DNA of 64,000 nucleotides, taken from Paraspadella gotoi. Taxonomy: Eukaryota > Animalia > Chaetognatha. A program made the translations under genes and the position numbers. The stretch lies in assembly GCA_051294375.1 (NCBI GenBank), contig CM119267.1:22445486-22509485 (forward strand). Direction: 5' to 3'. Below, piece by piece: positions 25,295-38,589 of the stretch; the stretch's first letter is position 1, and each line of letters begins with the position of its first letter. The notes below the pieces were generated by a model. It saw nothing but the letters and a program-made list of their open reading frames with translations. It ran no database searches and was not told where the DNA came from.

Positions 25295-25446
25295 AGTTTC
25301 AGAATTAAGTAAAAGTTAAAAAATTAGATCTCATGTTTGCTTAATGATCTACAAACAAATATGGGCGATTATAACAAATATAAGTGTGTAGAACGAGCGA
25401 AATAGCAAAGAATGTAATGTGTCTAAATATAAAGAACAGGAAAAGA

Positions 25447-26064
25447 TTAATATTGAAACGATCGCTTTGTCTGCAAGTCGCTGAGAATTTGTTGAAGATC
25501 TTCGTCCTCAAAACGTCCTTCCAAACTCGGAATGAGCGACTTTCCTTCCTCCGCGTTTTCTGGAACCAAATTCGCCAGCGCGGCCAACTCGAATTTATGA
25601 AACTTGGACTGAAAAAAAAAAGATTTAAAATTTAATTTAGTGAACGAAGATCGTTGATTCAAATTTGGCGAATAACAAAAATAATTATTGACACCTGCTG
25701 AAGCAACTGTCGCACAGATGCGATCATGTCGCGGTTTTTGAACTTGGAAAATCTCCGTGTGTATTCCAAGGTCTTCATGAAAACCTCAGAGAGTTCCTGT
25801 GAAAATTAACGCATAACAAAGCTTAAATAATAAAACAAACAATACTCAATACTCAACAAAACCACTCTCTCTCTCTTACTCTCTCCGCCCCAGTATCACC
25901 TGCTCGTCTTCTGCTTCGTCGTTCTGCGTCTTCCGATGATCTAGCAGCATAAAGACTTCGGAAATGAGCAAAGTTTCTGAGTTTTCAAACTCCTTGGGAA
26001 AGATCAAGTCTCCGGCATCCTCTTCCTGAACTTCACTGGGAAGCGGATTCGGATTTCCAGCCAT
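25447..26064 (-). CDS. POLR2D: RNA polymerase II subunit RPB4
   Basis: Exons 26064-25900, 25796-25695, 25608-25447. [71 protein letters not shown]. Confidence 0.97.
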
Positions 26065-26298
26065 TTTAACACTTGCTTCGTTTTCTCTTCTTAAAAAAAT
26101 AATGATCGTTTTAAAATGGATATCACAATAAAATTGCATAAATCGATAATTGGCACGATTCTAACAGGTAGGAAAATCTAAATGATAGCGAAGATGGGTG
26201 AAAGGAAACGATGAATGGAAGGAATGAAGTGGCGAACGACGGATGATCGAAAAAAGGAAGAAAAGAAAGTAAACATTCCTTTGTTATGAAGTCTTTCA

Positions 26299-28555
26299 CT
26301 AGTCGGTCAACAAACGAAGGTTTTTCCCTCGAGACGGAGTTTCGTCGTGACAAGTGGCGACGTGACTCAATACGACGGACTTGTCCTTGGTCGGAAAGGT
26401 CAAGTCGCAGAGTTTGCATTTCCAAAAAGTCTTCTTGATAATTCTGGTTTCCCCTCCGGGTTTAGCAGGGTTGGCTTCTTTCACGATCTCGTTGAGAGGG
26501 TCGGAGGAGGCGGCGGCGGCGGTGGAAGGGGCGTTGGAGGCCGAATGACTAAGCGTCTTTTGCAAAGCCCATTCGGCGAAGAGGAGCTGCTTTACTTCGT
26601 ACTGTTGACCATCGTCGGGCCGCGTCAGAAGCATGTTCAAGCATTTCCGCCGTTCGCACTTTTGTTTACTCGTCGCTCTTGTTTTGCATGCCGTGCACTC
26701 TTCGCAGTTTTCCTGAAATAAACACAAATTATCATCGAAGTTACACATCAAACAAGAGTTGCGCAAATATCAGGAGAAAATATCATGACCTACACCGTCT
26801 TACCGTTATCCTGCATGGCGGGCAATCTCCGCATGCTCGGCGCCTTTTCGCCGTCGAGTTCGCACCGGCGCCATCCTTCGAATTGACGCCGCGATCTTCG
26901 TCCAGTCCGTCCTCGATACTTGGGTCCTCGGGAACATTCGACGCGGCCGCAACCCCTGGGGCGCACGAGGACTCGATCGGCGCCTCCTCCTCCTCGACTC
27001 CCTCTGTCTCCTCTTCCGACAACTTTTCGATGGCGTCCTTCTCGAAGGCGGCGGCCTCGGACTGACCCTCCTCTGGCGCCGACACGCGATGATGATCGTA
27101 GTGATCGAGGAAAGTGTTCTGACAGGAGAAGTCGGCGCGGCAAATGGGGCAACGCCAAGTCTGGTTGCGCGGGTGAGACTTTTTGATGTGACGGTATAGG
27201 GCTTGACGATGGGCGAACCCAGAGACGCCGCAAACGCGGCACACACGTTCCTTGCCACGGACTTTGGGCACGAGGGACGGCGCAATCGCATCGGTCGGCG
27301 TGCCGATGGCGTCGTCGCCGCCGGATCGAATCTCGTCGTCGGTGGCGTCATCGTCGCAATCGCCCTCGCGTACCACCCCGTTGAGGTCGGCGTCGAAGGC
27401 GAGGACGGCCGCGTCGATGGGCGGGGCGCGATGAAATTGTGACGTCACCGTCTTGCGCAAAGAAGATGTCATCTCTCTAGGGGCGAAGCCATCGTCGTCT
27501 TCCTCGTCCTCTTCCTCGTCAAGGGGAATTCCCATGACGTCAAAAACGTCGGCGACGCAGGTCAACTTCGTCGTCTGCTCTTCCAACATCTGGAGGTCGT
27601 AGCCAGGGACTCGACTCTTGATAATAATATCAAAGGTGGTGGGGTCTAGCTGGTTCAGCGCCGATCGGATCACCACAGTCTTGCTCCAGTGGCATTCCAG
27701 CGAGTCCGTATCGAGGATGCAACGGATAAGTGCGAGGCCGTCGTGGAGCCGATTGTAAGTCCATCCTTCAAGAGTGAGGAACTGGGGGACGACTCTCATC
27801 AGATCGGAGATTCCATCGATGGGAAAACCAAGAAAATTGGACTGCGAAGCGCGCGAGCGTTTCGGCGCGGACGGCGCCGTGTGCCTTCGACGCATCAGGG
27901 CTTCGGACGGTCTTTTTCGATCTCGCATCAAGAGTATCGGATCCGCAGAGAAGCGAGGGTCACCGACGGACGAGCCCATCGAGGAAAACGAGGTCATCTT
28001 TAGAGGTGAGGTCCTAACAAATCCCGGGCCGCGACAGGTGAACAAGTGTCGTTTCACGTGCGAGGGCTTCACGAAGAGTTTGGCACATTTGGGACAAGAG
28101 TGACGACGTCCGGTCACGGATCCTTGTTGGGTGGAGGGTTTCTTGATCGAAGGTTCGCCATGACCGTTGGTGGAGTCGACGGGCCGTTCGACGGACGGCA
28201 CACCTTTAGATTTATTCTTTTCAAGTTTTCTGGAGGAGAGAACGATCCCGGCCTGTTTGAGTCCCGGGCATTTCTTGGCGATCTTAACGTGATAATGCCT
28301 CTGTTGACGACTCTTGAAGACCACGTCGCAGTACTGACACGGATAATCGCGTGGTTCCCGGACGTAGGCATGACCGTCGCCGCTCGGGCGGATGTCGAGG
28401 TCGCCGGGCGGATCGTCGGGCGAAACTGCGGGAAGCGTTTCTGGAGGCATCGACGGGCGAGGATTTTCGATTTCTTCACCGCCAATGGCATCGTCGTCTC
28501 CTCCGTTGGAAGATTCCGCGTCCATGACGGCGAGACGGTCGTCAGGAAGAGACAT
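26299..28555 (-). CDS. Multi-zinc-finger protein (C2H2/C2HC fingers plus a zf-CXXC domain)
   Basis: Exons 28555-26804 and 26712-26299. The splice joins CGDCPPCRIT to ENCEECTACKTRATSKQKCERRKC (CXXC). Five dispersed CxxC...H fingers. Probable 5'UTR intron 28772-28573 (AG|GTAAGG...CTCTCAG). Confidence 0.85.
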
Positions 28556-31500
28556 CGTTAACGTCGTAAGTTCTGAGAGGTCAGGAAAAAATCGCGGGAA
28601 AAATCGGTAACTTTTGACTGAAAAAACTTTGTATCTTAATAATCATTTAATGTTCACTCGCGTGATTTAGCAAAAAAATTAAAATGTACGCAGATTCATC
28701 GGTAAACGAAAATGACCAAACTTTTGCCGCGTCATCTAATTTCCTTCTCTTCCACCTCCAAAACATCCTTACCTTTTACGATGGCTCCGAGACGAAAATC
28801 GACTCGGACGACAGCGTCCCTCGTAATTCGATTTCAATGGCGACAAATTCAAAACAACATCGTAGATGAAGAATTGGGAACCGGTGACGCGATGGACACG
28901 CAGCGCGCGGCACCAGCTCAAGAAAAAAGAACAGGATACGACGGAGGCAGACATTAAGGAAGGAGGCGATTGAGACTCGCGTCTCTAACGTCGTCGTCTT
29001 ACGATTCCCGCTTCTCTTTGGTCCGCCTCCTTCTTTATTCTTTTGTAGTCAACGAAATTGAGAATTACCCGTCAAACGTCGCGAGGGCGAACGAGAGAGG
29101 CGCCTTCGTCTGGAGTCGGGGGAGAAACACGAGGCGACAAAAGAACAAAGCTCGTCATGTTCCCTAATAGTAATATTATTACTATTACTAGTAATATAAT
29201 GTATTACTATTATTAGTAATGCAATAGAACGTTTATTAAATTTTTTAAAAAATTCACTCAAACAACAAATCATATCAAATTAATTACTAAAATGGCTAAA
29301 CTACGTTTTTATTTATTTAATCTTTAATTTATTATTATTTATTAACAATTAACAATTAATTATTTCTTGCAGAAAAAATTAACAATTTAAATTTTTTTTT
29401 AAATTTTTTTATAAAGAATTATAATTATTCTATGAAATTGGTAAAACCAATATAAAAATTATTAAATGATTGAAAAACAATGATTAAAATTTTGAAGTTA
29501 ACTCCATCAAGAATTTAAAAAAAAAATTTTGCTTGACTTAGTCTTAGTTAATTTTTTTGCGTTCAATTTCCTTCTTTTTCACTTTTTAGCTTTGATATAC
29601 ATATTAACTTAATGACCTTACCCCAAGGTAAGCGTCGCGCTTACGTACAATCTATTGACATTTCGGAATACCGCCAAAGAAACAGATTTGGTCAATGTTC
29701 GATAATGCTCGAGATTAAACGGATTATCGAAAGCTACGTTCCTAAAATAGATAATCCGACGAACGTGACATATAATCCAGATTTCTCTGCGTCATCGTTT
29801 TTCATTTCACTACGATAATAACAACTCCTAATACCGCACGAGCGATCGATGTTAGTTCCTACTTACCCGTAACATGGTTTGACGAGTTTTAGTTTCTAGT
29901 TTTAGGGTTTAGAGAGCATTAGCTGGATCAACTTGATGTGATTGAAGAATTCAATTCTTTCGTTATGACCTTCAAAGTCGCCATTTTAATGGGGTTTTTT
30001 CCGAGTAACAATTTCGTCAAGAGTTGTAATTTAAATCGACTTTATTTTATGTCAGACTCATAATCATAAAAAAATTCAAACCGCGAAATAGCGACCTTTT
30101 TATTTCTATCACAACAACAACCACCAACGAGAGCTAAGCCTCGTTTCGAATTCCTCGCCAGGCGCCTTCGGTGACGTCGGCTTGGCGCGAGAAATGACAG
30201 TCGGTTGGCTCAAAAACGTGACAACGACGTGTCATTGTTGTGTCATGTCACCCGGGAGATGGCGTGACAGCCCAACTACTTTTCCTCGGCGGAGAAAAGG
30301 GCGAGAGAATCGGAGGCAAAGCGAAAGAGAAAGAAAAAAAGAAAAAAGAAGGGAGGAGAGGAAGAAAAAAAAAAGAAAGAAAGAGGACGACCCTTGAATT
30401 CGAAACGAGTTGCCAAGAATGCGCCGTGGGGCTGCAAAGAAAATAAAAGAGAGATGTCTACTTCTCGCCAAAGGAAGAGGAGGATGAGCGGGGGTGGGGG
30501 CGAAGGAGTGAGGGAGAAAGGGTCGATTGTTTAAACAAGAATCAAATTTTTTTTCACTCCGCGGCGAGAATAGAATGGCAACAACTCTTCTCAGGCGCCG
30601 CGCGCGTGCGAGGGAGTAAGCTCAACGGGTAGGGGGAATATTGGTCTCTGCGCGCGGCGTTGGTGAGTTTATAATGGACTGATGGGAAATAGTGATAGAA
30701 TTATGAACTTATGCTGTTTTCGCTTAATTTTCACGGATATTTTAACACTTTTAGCTAGCTAATATAGCTCATATAAACTTACTCTCAGTCTCACGAATTT
30801 TTTTTTCCCCCGACTCATTACTTTATCACAAATAAGAAAAGAGAAAATATTTGAATTTACAGGGGTCTCTTAAAATCTAGGACCAAAGAGAGAAAAAACA
30901 ATTTTGTAGTTTGCATGCAGGATTCCGGCTCTCTTGGATTCTGAATAACGAATACAACAGATTTGTTCTATCATAAACAAGGTTAGTTATGCGATAGTAT
31001 CATTTCGATTAGAATCAGAAATCTAAAACAAGAAGAGTAGGCATACTTTAGAGTTCAATTAATAGTTATTATCTCGGACGAAGAAGATTTGTTACACCTA
31101 AAAATTTGGTTGACGGTTTTTCATCCTTTATCTTTTCTTGTTGCAATTAATTATATAATTTCACGGTTTTGTAATCTCGTAAATTGTAATGTTCACAAAT
31201 CCACCTTGATTAAGTGTTTAAAATTGTCCGGGACAGTTATTATTCCGATATCCTGAGTAAATAAAAAGTTAACAGATGCAAAGTAATGTTAATATTAAAA
31301 TAAGGAGGCATTCGGAAGGCTGCTCCTGGCAAGACATCAGTATTCAGTAGTAACCAAATAATAACCGTTAGCGGTGGTGAGTTTAAAACAAAAACAAAAC
31401 AAAAAAAAACCGCTTTATCATCACAATTCATCTCTGCTTTTCTTCTTTTTGATTATGAAAATCTGATGACATCAGAACAAAAAGTGCTCACTTAAACGGC

Positions 31501-31858
31501 TTTTAGGATGTTAGAACGAATTTTGTTCAAAGTAAAAAAAAAACCTTTAGGTTCAATTTTTTTTTCTCTCTCCCCGAAAATTGATTTTCGTTTCGCCTCA
31601 ACAGATTTCCTTCCAACTCCACACAAAGTTCCTAAACTTAGCAAACGAAATTCCATCCCATTTGCTTACTACGCGTTTTTTTTCCCCCTTTTTTTCCTTT
31701 TTTCCCTTTTTTCCTTTTTTCAACACTTTTCGAACCCATTTTAAGTCTCTTCCTTTTCCCGCCTTCCCCACACCCATCCAATTCCACTTCGCCCTTCTCT
31801 TTCCTAGATATTTTAAACCCCTCCCCCGTCCCCCCCATAAAAAAAAAAAAAAAAGGAT

Positions 31859-33129
31859 TTAGCCAAGGAAAATAGTTTGGGAGGAGGAAGAGGAATTTCC
31901 ATTTTCCGTTGAGGATCGAATCTCGTCCACCTGTTCGGCCGCCGCCGCCGACACCTCCGCCGCCGCCGCCTCCCCCGCCGCCCCTTCCTCGTCAGAGACG
32001 ACGGCGTCACCGGCGTTGGCGATAACGAGTTGTCCCCGCTCGTTAAGCACCAGATTACAAGTGTTTCCGCCGCCGCAGGAGGCGGAATCGCATTCTCCGT
32101 CCGGGCAATTACATCCGGTTCTGACGGTGAGAATCACCAAGTCCTTTCCGGATGTGAGAGAGGTAGCGGCGGCGCGCGGGTCGTCACGCCCCTCCCTTTG
32201 TCCCTCGGCGCCGTCGTCGTCGTCGGCGGCGGCGTCGGCGCGGCGGCTCTCATCGGTTTCCGATCCCTCGACGGCGGCGGGAGCGGCGGTGGCGGCGGCT
32301 GAAGCCGAAATGACGATTTTTCCGTTTTCGAAGGCGATATTCAGCGAACTTTTGTGCTTCTTTTTTCCGGCGCGTAGCGTCTTTTTTCGTCGATCCTCGG
32401 TTTCCGGCAATGAGGAGGAGGAGGAGGTGGAGGCGGCGGAGACGACTGGGGGCGTTAATAGATTGGCGCTTTTGTTATGGGTCGTCGTCGTTGTCGTCGA
32501 AGCGTCGAGGCACGAGTCTTCGTTCCTTTTTTCGCGCGAGACAGCGTTGGCGTCGTCAATGACGACCGCTTCCGCGGCCGTCTTTCCATTCCATTCCCCC
32601 TCTCGCTCGCTTTTTCCTTTCTTTTCCTCCATTTTGTCCTCCCCCGCGCGCCTGGAGACCGGCGTTGCGGCGTCGGAAGCGGCGTCGGCGGCGTCAGTTC
32701 CCATCGAGTTCCTCGTCGCCAGTTCCTTCGATCCCGAAATCCCGGATTTCTCTGATTCGTCGCGGAGGAGTTTTTCTGACGAAGGAGTTGTTGGATGGAG
32801 TGTTGGAGCGACTGGTGGAGCGAAGGTTGGAGCGAAGAGGGGTTGGAGGGTTGGAGCGACGAGTTTCGAAGAGGCTATCCCTGAAGGAGAAGGTTTAAAA
32901 AAATGACTTTAGGCTCAATGGGTTTTTTTTTTCAAATCGTGTGGGTGTTAGGTGTTCAACTGTTCACAGTTCCGTGTTCACTGTTCAGGTCATCGTTGCA
33001 GGATCTAATTGTCTTTTTTTTTCTTTTCCTAATAAGAATCCTATCTTTCTTTCTTTTTTTGCTTTCTTGTTTTCTTGTTTTCTGATATCTTTTCTACTCC
33101 TTTTTATCTTTTTTTCCTTTTTGTTTTGA

Positions 33130-33168
<39 letters not shown>

Positions 33169-33290
33169 ATCTCCTCTCCTCTCTTCTCTCTCTCTTTCTC
33201 TCTCCTATCTTTATTTTTTTTTCTTGTTTTCTTGTTTTATGTTTTTTTTCAAATCCTTTTTATCTGTTTTCCTTTTTGGTTTCCTTCTCT

Positions 33291-33364
<74 letters not shown>

Positions 33365-36300
33365 CTCGAAAGTGCGTGGGGCCATCCTCTCCTTCGTCAA
33401 GGCCGCGTCTCACTCCCGACGAAGAATAAAAAGTCATCGTATTCTCGGCGCCGGATTCGTCGTCCGGCGATTTCAGCTTCGGCGGTTTCGGCGGAATCAG
33501 CGGTGGAGAGCGGGATGGCACTTGCGGCGGATGGCGATGGCGGAACTGGCGCCCGAGCGTCGTTTCCGGATGAATAACTCGACGCCAAGATTCGTCGTCG
33601 TTGTTATTGTTATGGTGATTGTTGTTGTGGTTATTGTTGTACATACTATTCACGTGATCAGCGACTGAATGTGGGTTTATTTTCGTTTCAGCCTTCGGCG
33701 GCGCCGCTGCCGCCGCTGCCGCCGCCGCCGCCGCCGCCGCCGCCTCCACGTGCAGTTTGCTCATCAATTCTTTCCTCATGACTTCCTTCATTTCCAAGTT
33801 TTTCGACAGAGAAATCGTTCCCGGCAGCCGCTCCAGAGCTTTCGGTGGCTGCGTCGCCGCGCCGTCCTCCGGCGGCGGCGCGGCGAAATTGGATTCGCTG
33901 TTCGCGTCCTTGGACGACGCGACGCCGTTGATCGGGCGGCCAAACGCGTCGACGCGCGAGAGGCGTTTCAATAATTGATTTCCGCCGCCGCTGCCGCCGC
34001 TGCAGCCGCTGTAACGAAGCGGCGGCGCCGGCGGTCCGTGCGAATGGAAAAATAGTCGTTCGTTTCCGTTGAAGGCTTCGCGAGATTGCGGTTGATCCGT
34101 GATTCTCTTGGCGAACATAGTTTCCCTGTATTTGACGTAAGCCTCCTCCTCCTCCATCCGCGCTCGTTCGTGGCCGATTTCCGGCCGCCGGTGCCGAGAG
34201 AGCGTCGCGAAATTCTCGGCACCGATTATTCGGCCACCGGGATCCTCGGTCGCCGGCGCGCATCGTGGCGCCGGCATAGAATGGCTCTGCTGTGTCGTCA
34301 TGTAGTAATTATGCAAATGATGCATCGGCGGCTGAAAGTAACGCGGCGGCGCTGCCGTTAAATAAGACCCGTCGCCGAAAGCCGGCGCTGTCGAAGCGAT
34401 CTGCATAACGCCGCCGTCGGGCAATTCTCCGTGGCGAAAGTTGACCGACTTTTCGTCCTGCGAAGACCAACTGCAGTCGGCGACGCGGACGGGACTCTTG
34501 GGGATCGCCGCCACGGGCGAGGACGGCGCAGAGCCTGTGTTGGAGGAAGAGGCCTCGTCCTTCGCCCCAACGCCGCCCGAGTAAGAACGAGAGCCGTGCA
34601 AGCCGCCGCCGACCAACGGCGCAGCGAGGGTCAGCGGCGAATCTTCGTCCGACGACCGGTTCAACTTGCTCTTGTTGCTGCAGGCCCGGGCTCGCCTCGA
34701 CGAGCCTCGATCGCGCCGTCGAGACGCCCTTCGGTCGCAAGACTGAGATCGAGAGGAAAACTCGCGATTCTGTTGCAGCTCGAAGAAAGTCGCCGATTCG
34801 TCGCGGACAGAGGCGGAGACGGGGCGCGGGTCGCCGCTGCTGTCGCAGCCGCCGCCGCTCCGCCGGTCGACGGACGACGTCGCCGGCGAGGAATGAAGCG
34901 GCGGAGGCGGAGGCGGCGTCGGTCCCTCGTCGCACAGGCACCCGGTCGAGGATTTCACAGTCGCGCAGAGATCACAGATTTCGTGAGGCGAAAATGGCGT
35001 GGGCAAAGGCGGCGCCGTCGAGTGGGCGGTGACGATGGCGGCTTCGACTTTCCCGTCAACGAACTGAAACGGAGGCGCGGGGTGAGAAGTCGCGAGGGAG
35101 ACGAACTGTCCGTCGAATTGGCTGTGAGGTTGTTGCTGGCGTTGTTGCTGTTGCAAGAACAATGGATTTGGGTCGGGACCGCAAGTCGTCGTCAATTGAT
35201 TCTCGTTGTAAGGAAAAAACGGAGGTAGTGATTTAGGAACGTCGTCTTGTTCGCTCGCGTTGCGTGGCGGAGGAAAGTTCGTTTCGAATTCGGCCATGTG
35301 CGTTTCATTGGCGTCGTAATCGTTGCCAAATTGAGGAGGAGGGCAATGAGCCGATCCGCCTTCGTCCATCTGATAGTAATAGTTTTGTTGATTGACAAAT
35401 GATCCCAATTCGATCGGCAAATCCGTGTTGGGAAATCCCCTACGAATCACGTAGGGATAAGATCTGCGTTTGTTCTCTCCCGTCCAAATAAAACTCGGAT
35501 CCTCCAATTGCGAAAAGTGATTCTGATGCAATTTCTCCAGATTGCAGATGAAGCCGGAGAATTTGGACTTAATCTTGCCGTTCTCGTTTTTGGTCGGACG
35601 CGAGGAGGAATCGTCGGGCCGCCCGTCGTCGTCGGGCAGTTCGTCGAGCTGGTAGCAGCTTCCCACCGGGCTGCCGCCTTCGGTGACCTTGTAGGATCCG
35701 TGAGAGACGTCGTCGGCTCCGGCGTCGTCGTCCGGTTCGACTCGGATCTCGTTGTTCATCTCGGCGAAGACGTTGCTGTTCCGCGAGGCGGCGAAAGTCG
35801 GCGCCGCCGACGAAATCTCCACCACCACCACGTCGCTCGTCGGCGCCGCGACGGCTGGCTCTTCTGGCCGCAACTCCGCGGCCTCAATCGCCACCGGCGG
35901 CCGCATCGACGGCGGCGGCACGATGCCCAGAAGCTCCAGCTCGGCGAGGGCGAACTCTTCGTTGGTGAAGGCGGAAGAGGGAAGAGTGTCGCTGCTCTTG
36001 CTGAGAGCGTCGGCGACGTAGGCGCTGCGATCGGCCACGTGATTCGTCGATTCCTTCTTCAAACTGTTGCTCCTTCGATCCGATTGCTTCTTGCCACGCC
36101 TCCCTGTCTCCCGGGTCTTGCCACGCCCTCTGCGCTTAGTACCGTTGTGCGAAGTCATCAAGATTCCAGCGTCTTTTGATATCTTGTCTTCGAATCGCTC
36201 GCCGAGCGGAGGATCGCCGTCCAAAGCCACTGGAGTCGCGACTCCGTTGGTGTCACCATTTTCGACGCCGTTTTCGACGCCATTTTCTACGCCGCCGCCG

Positions 36301-37584
36301 TTGACGTTTCCATTTCCGGCGCCGTCATTCTCCAAGGTCAGGATCTCAGCTCGGACGACGGGAAAATCTCCGCTTCTCGATTCGCTTCTAAATCGTCCGG
36401 CGATCGGAGGATGAGAGATTCCCGGTCGAGAACTCGATCTTTCGAAGGCGTTTCGATCGTTGTGATGTCGACGAACGTATTCCATCAATTCCTTCTGCGT
36501 TCGACCCGAATAACGAAACGAGTTTCCGCGGGCGAAGAAAAACTTTTTGTGTTTGGCCGCGACGCGCCTCGTCCGGCCCGAGAGACAACGGAAGAAGGCG
36601 TGGTGCTCGATGCAGTTTTTCCAAAAGGCTTTGCACCTGTCGCGATTTTCGAAGAGAAACTCGACCGTCTCCTTGTGATACCCGCAGTCGTCGCGGTGGA
36701 GCTTGATGAGGAAGCGCTTCCGCTTGAAGGAGAGCTTCCGCAGTTTGGCCCAGCAGAAGGTGATGATCCTGGCTTCGTGTTGGTAGACGAGAATGCCGAG
36801 GTGAGCGATGGCCAGTTTGACGGCGACTCCCTTGGCCTCTTGGACGGGTATGCCTGGCAGATATTCCTTGGTGCGGGCGTCGTGCATTCGCACGCCGTAG
36901 AGGTCGATCCTGCGCGCGATGTCGAGGAGATGAAAGTCGGCGGCGGCCGGCGGTTGGCCGGCGTGATTCCGATGATAGTCCATCACCTTCTTCTCGAACT
37001 CACCCGACTGTTTGGGCGTGAGAGCGAAGGTGGAGAGGTAGCTGTGGTCCTGATAATGTTCCGCGGCGAAGTCGCCGATCTCCGCCTGCACCACGAACGA
37101 GGCGAGAAGGGCGCCGGTGTTATCGTTGCAGGCCAGCCGACCCTCGGCCAGATCCCGCTTGATCTGCAGGGCGAACAGGTAACGCGTGTACTCTTCCTCC
37201 AGCTGAGCCGGGTCAGGCGTGTAGAATTTTACGGAGAAGCGAAAGGGAAGAGGTTCAAAGCCGCCGCCCGGTCGAGGCAACGGCGTCTGTTTGAGAATGG
37301 GCTTGTCCCGATCCAGCCAGCGTTCGAGGCCGCGCTCGTCCAGAAACTCCAGCCCGAAATAGTCGTACTCGAGCAGGTTGAGGTGGCGGACGACTTGGGC
37401 GAAGAGGTCTTCGCCCGACGCCTTGACGGGCACCTGGAAGGTGGTGCTCGTGTCGTCGAGCAGCGCCACGCGACACGTGAGGAATTTCTCGCGCGGACGC
37501 GGCGTCGCTGGCGGCGTTGATTGCGAACGGAGAAGGACTGGGTGATGGAAGGGAGGGCGCGCCGGACGGGGGCGTGGAATGCAT
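31859..37584 (-). CDS. FARP/Cdep/FRMD7-type FERM + FERM-adjacent protein with a long low-complexity tail; start unresolved
   Basis: FERM motifs LEYDYFGLEF, VKFYTPDPAQLEEEYTRYLFALQIKRDL, WAKLRKLSFKRKRFLIKLH, FWKNCIEHHAFFR, GNSFRYSGRTQK. An approx. 4.1-kb exon ends at 33365; intron 33364-32881 (G|GTAAGA...TTCAG) joins in frame to ORF 32704-31859. ATG 37584 is 1 nt out of frame. Confidence 0.85.
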
Positions 37585-38589
37585 GGTTCTTTATTTTTTT
37601 TGGGGGGGGCTGGGGTGGGGCGGGGATGGGTGGGTGTGAGGGTGGAGATGGAGATTGGGGAATTCTAACGAGCGTCGAGGTCTCGAGGGAAAAGAGAGAA
37701 GAGACACGAGCCAAAGATTTTCTTTTTTTCTAATTTTTTTTTTCTTTCATTCAATTTTTTTTCTTCCCTTTTTCACTTTTTCATCTTTTCTCGCGTCGCA
37801 GTTCGATTCACATTCTGCTACAACATAATCGTGCGAGTCGAAAAGTCACGTTTTTCTGTCTCTCTCTCTCTCCCTCTCTCTCACTCTCTGTCGCTCTGTC
37901 GCCATTCGACGGATTTTCGTACATATTTGTTTTCGTTATTATTTCTTTTCTCCTTATTTCGTATACAGGGACAACGAATATTTTCTTTTTTTATTTTCTT
38001 TTTTTTATGTCGCAGATTTTTGCAATTCCGGATTTTTCTTTCTTTTTTTTTCTTTTTCTTTTTTTCCCTTTTCCATCGACGCGGTTGAGTTGACTTATAA
38101 CGGAGGGAAAATCCCCGAGTCAAGGCCGACGCACATAGTAGCTTTTATTGTTTCCTTTTTTTTTTTGTCTCTGTCTCTGTCTCTCTCTCTTTTTCTCTCT
38201 CATCTCCGGTCGTCGTTATTTTTCTCTCTCTCTCTTTTTTGTTTGTTTTCCTTTTTTTCCTTTTTTTTTTCGTTTGGTTTTTATTTTCCGCACTATTTCC
38301 TTCTATTCTTTCTCTCTCAACCGCGGACGTTTTGCCCCGGCGCTTTCTTCGTCTCCCCTCCTCTCCTCACCTCTCTCTCTCTCTCTCTCTCTCATCTCTT
38401 CTCTATCTCTCCTCTCTCCTCCTCTCTCTCTCATCTCTTCTCTCTCTCTCTCTCTCGTCTCTCTCTCTCTCTCTCTCTTTAGAGCGATCTCTTCTTCTCT
38501 CTACCTTTGGCGCCTCCACTCCCTTGCGTAATCTCCTCTCTCTCTCTCTCTTCTCTCTCGTTTCTCTCTCTGTCTCTCTCTCTCTCTCG

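Noticed and set aside
28684-29870. Possible plus-strand micro-exon gene or short ORFs (28684-28869, 28712-28957)
   Set aside because: Needs several weak splice sites and yields no recognisable protein; strong minus-strand donors (28772, 29866) fit 5'UTR exons of the zinc-finger gene better.
32016-37520. Long plus-strand ORFs (e.g. 36411-37520, 34431-35228, 32016-32906) antisense to the FERM gene
   Set aside because: Shadow ORFs of GC-rich coding sequence with no recognisable domains; the same happens opposite CIB and the zinc-finger gene.
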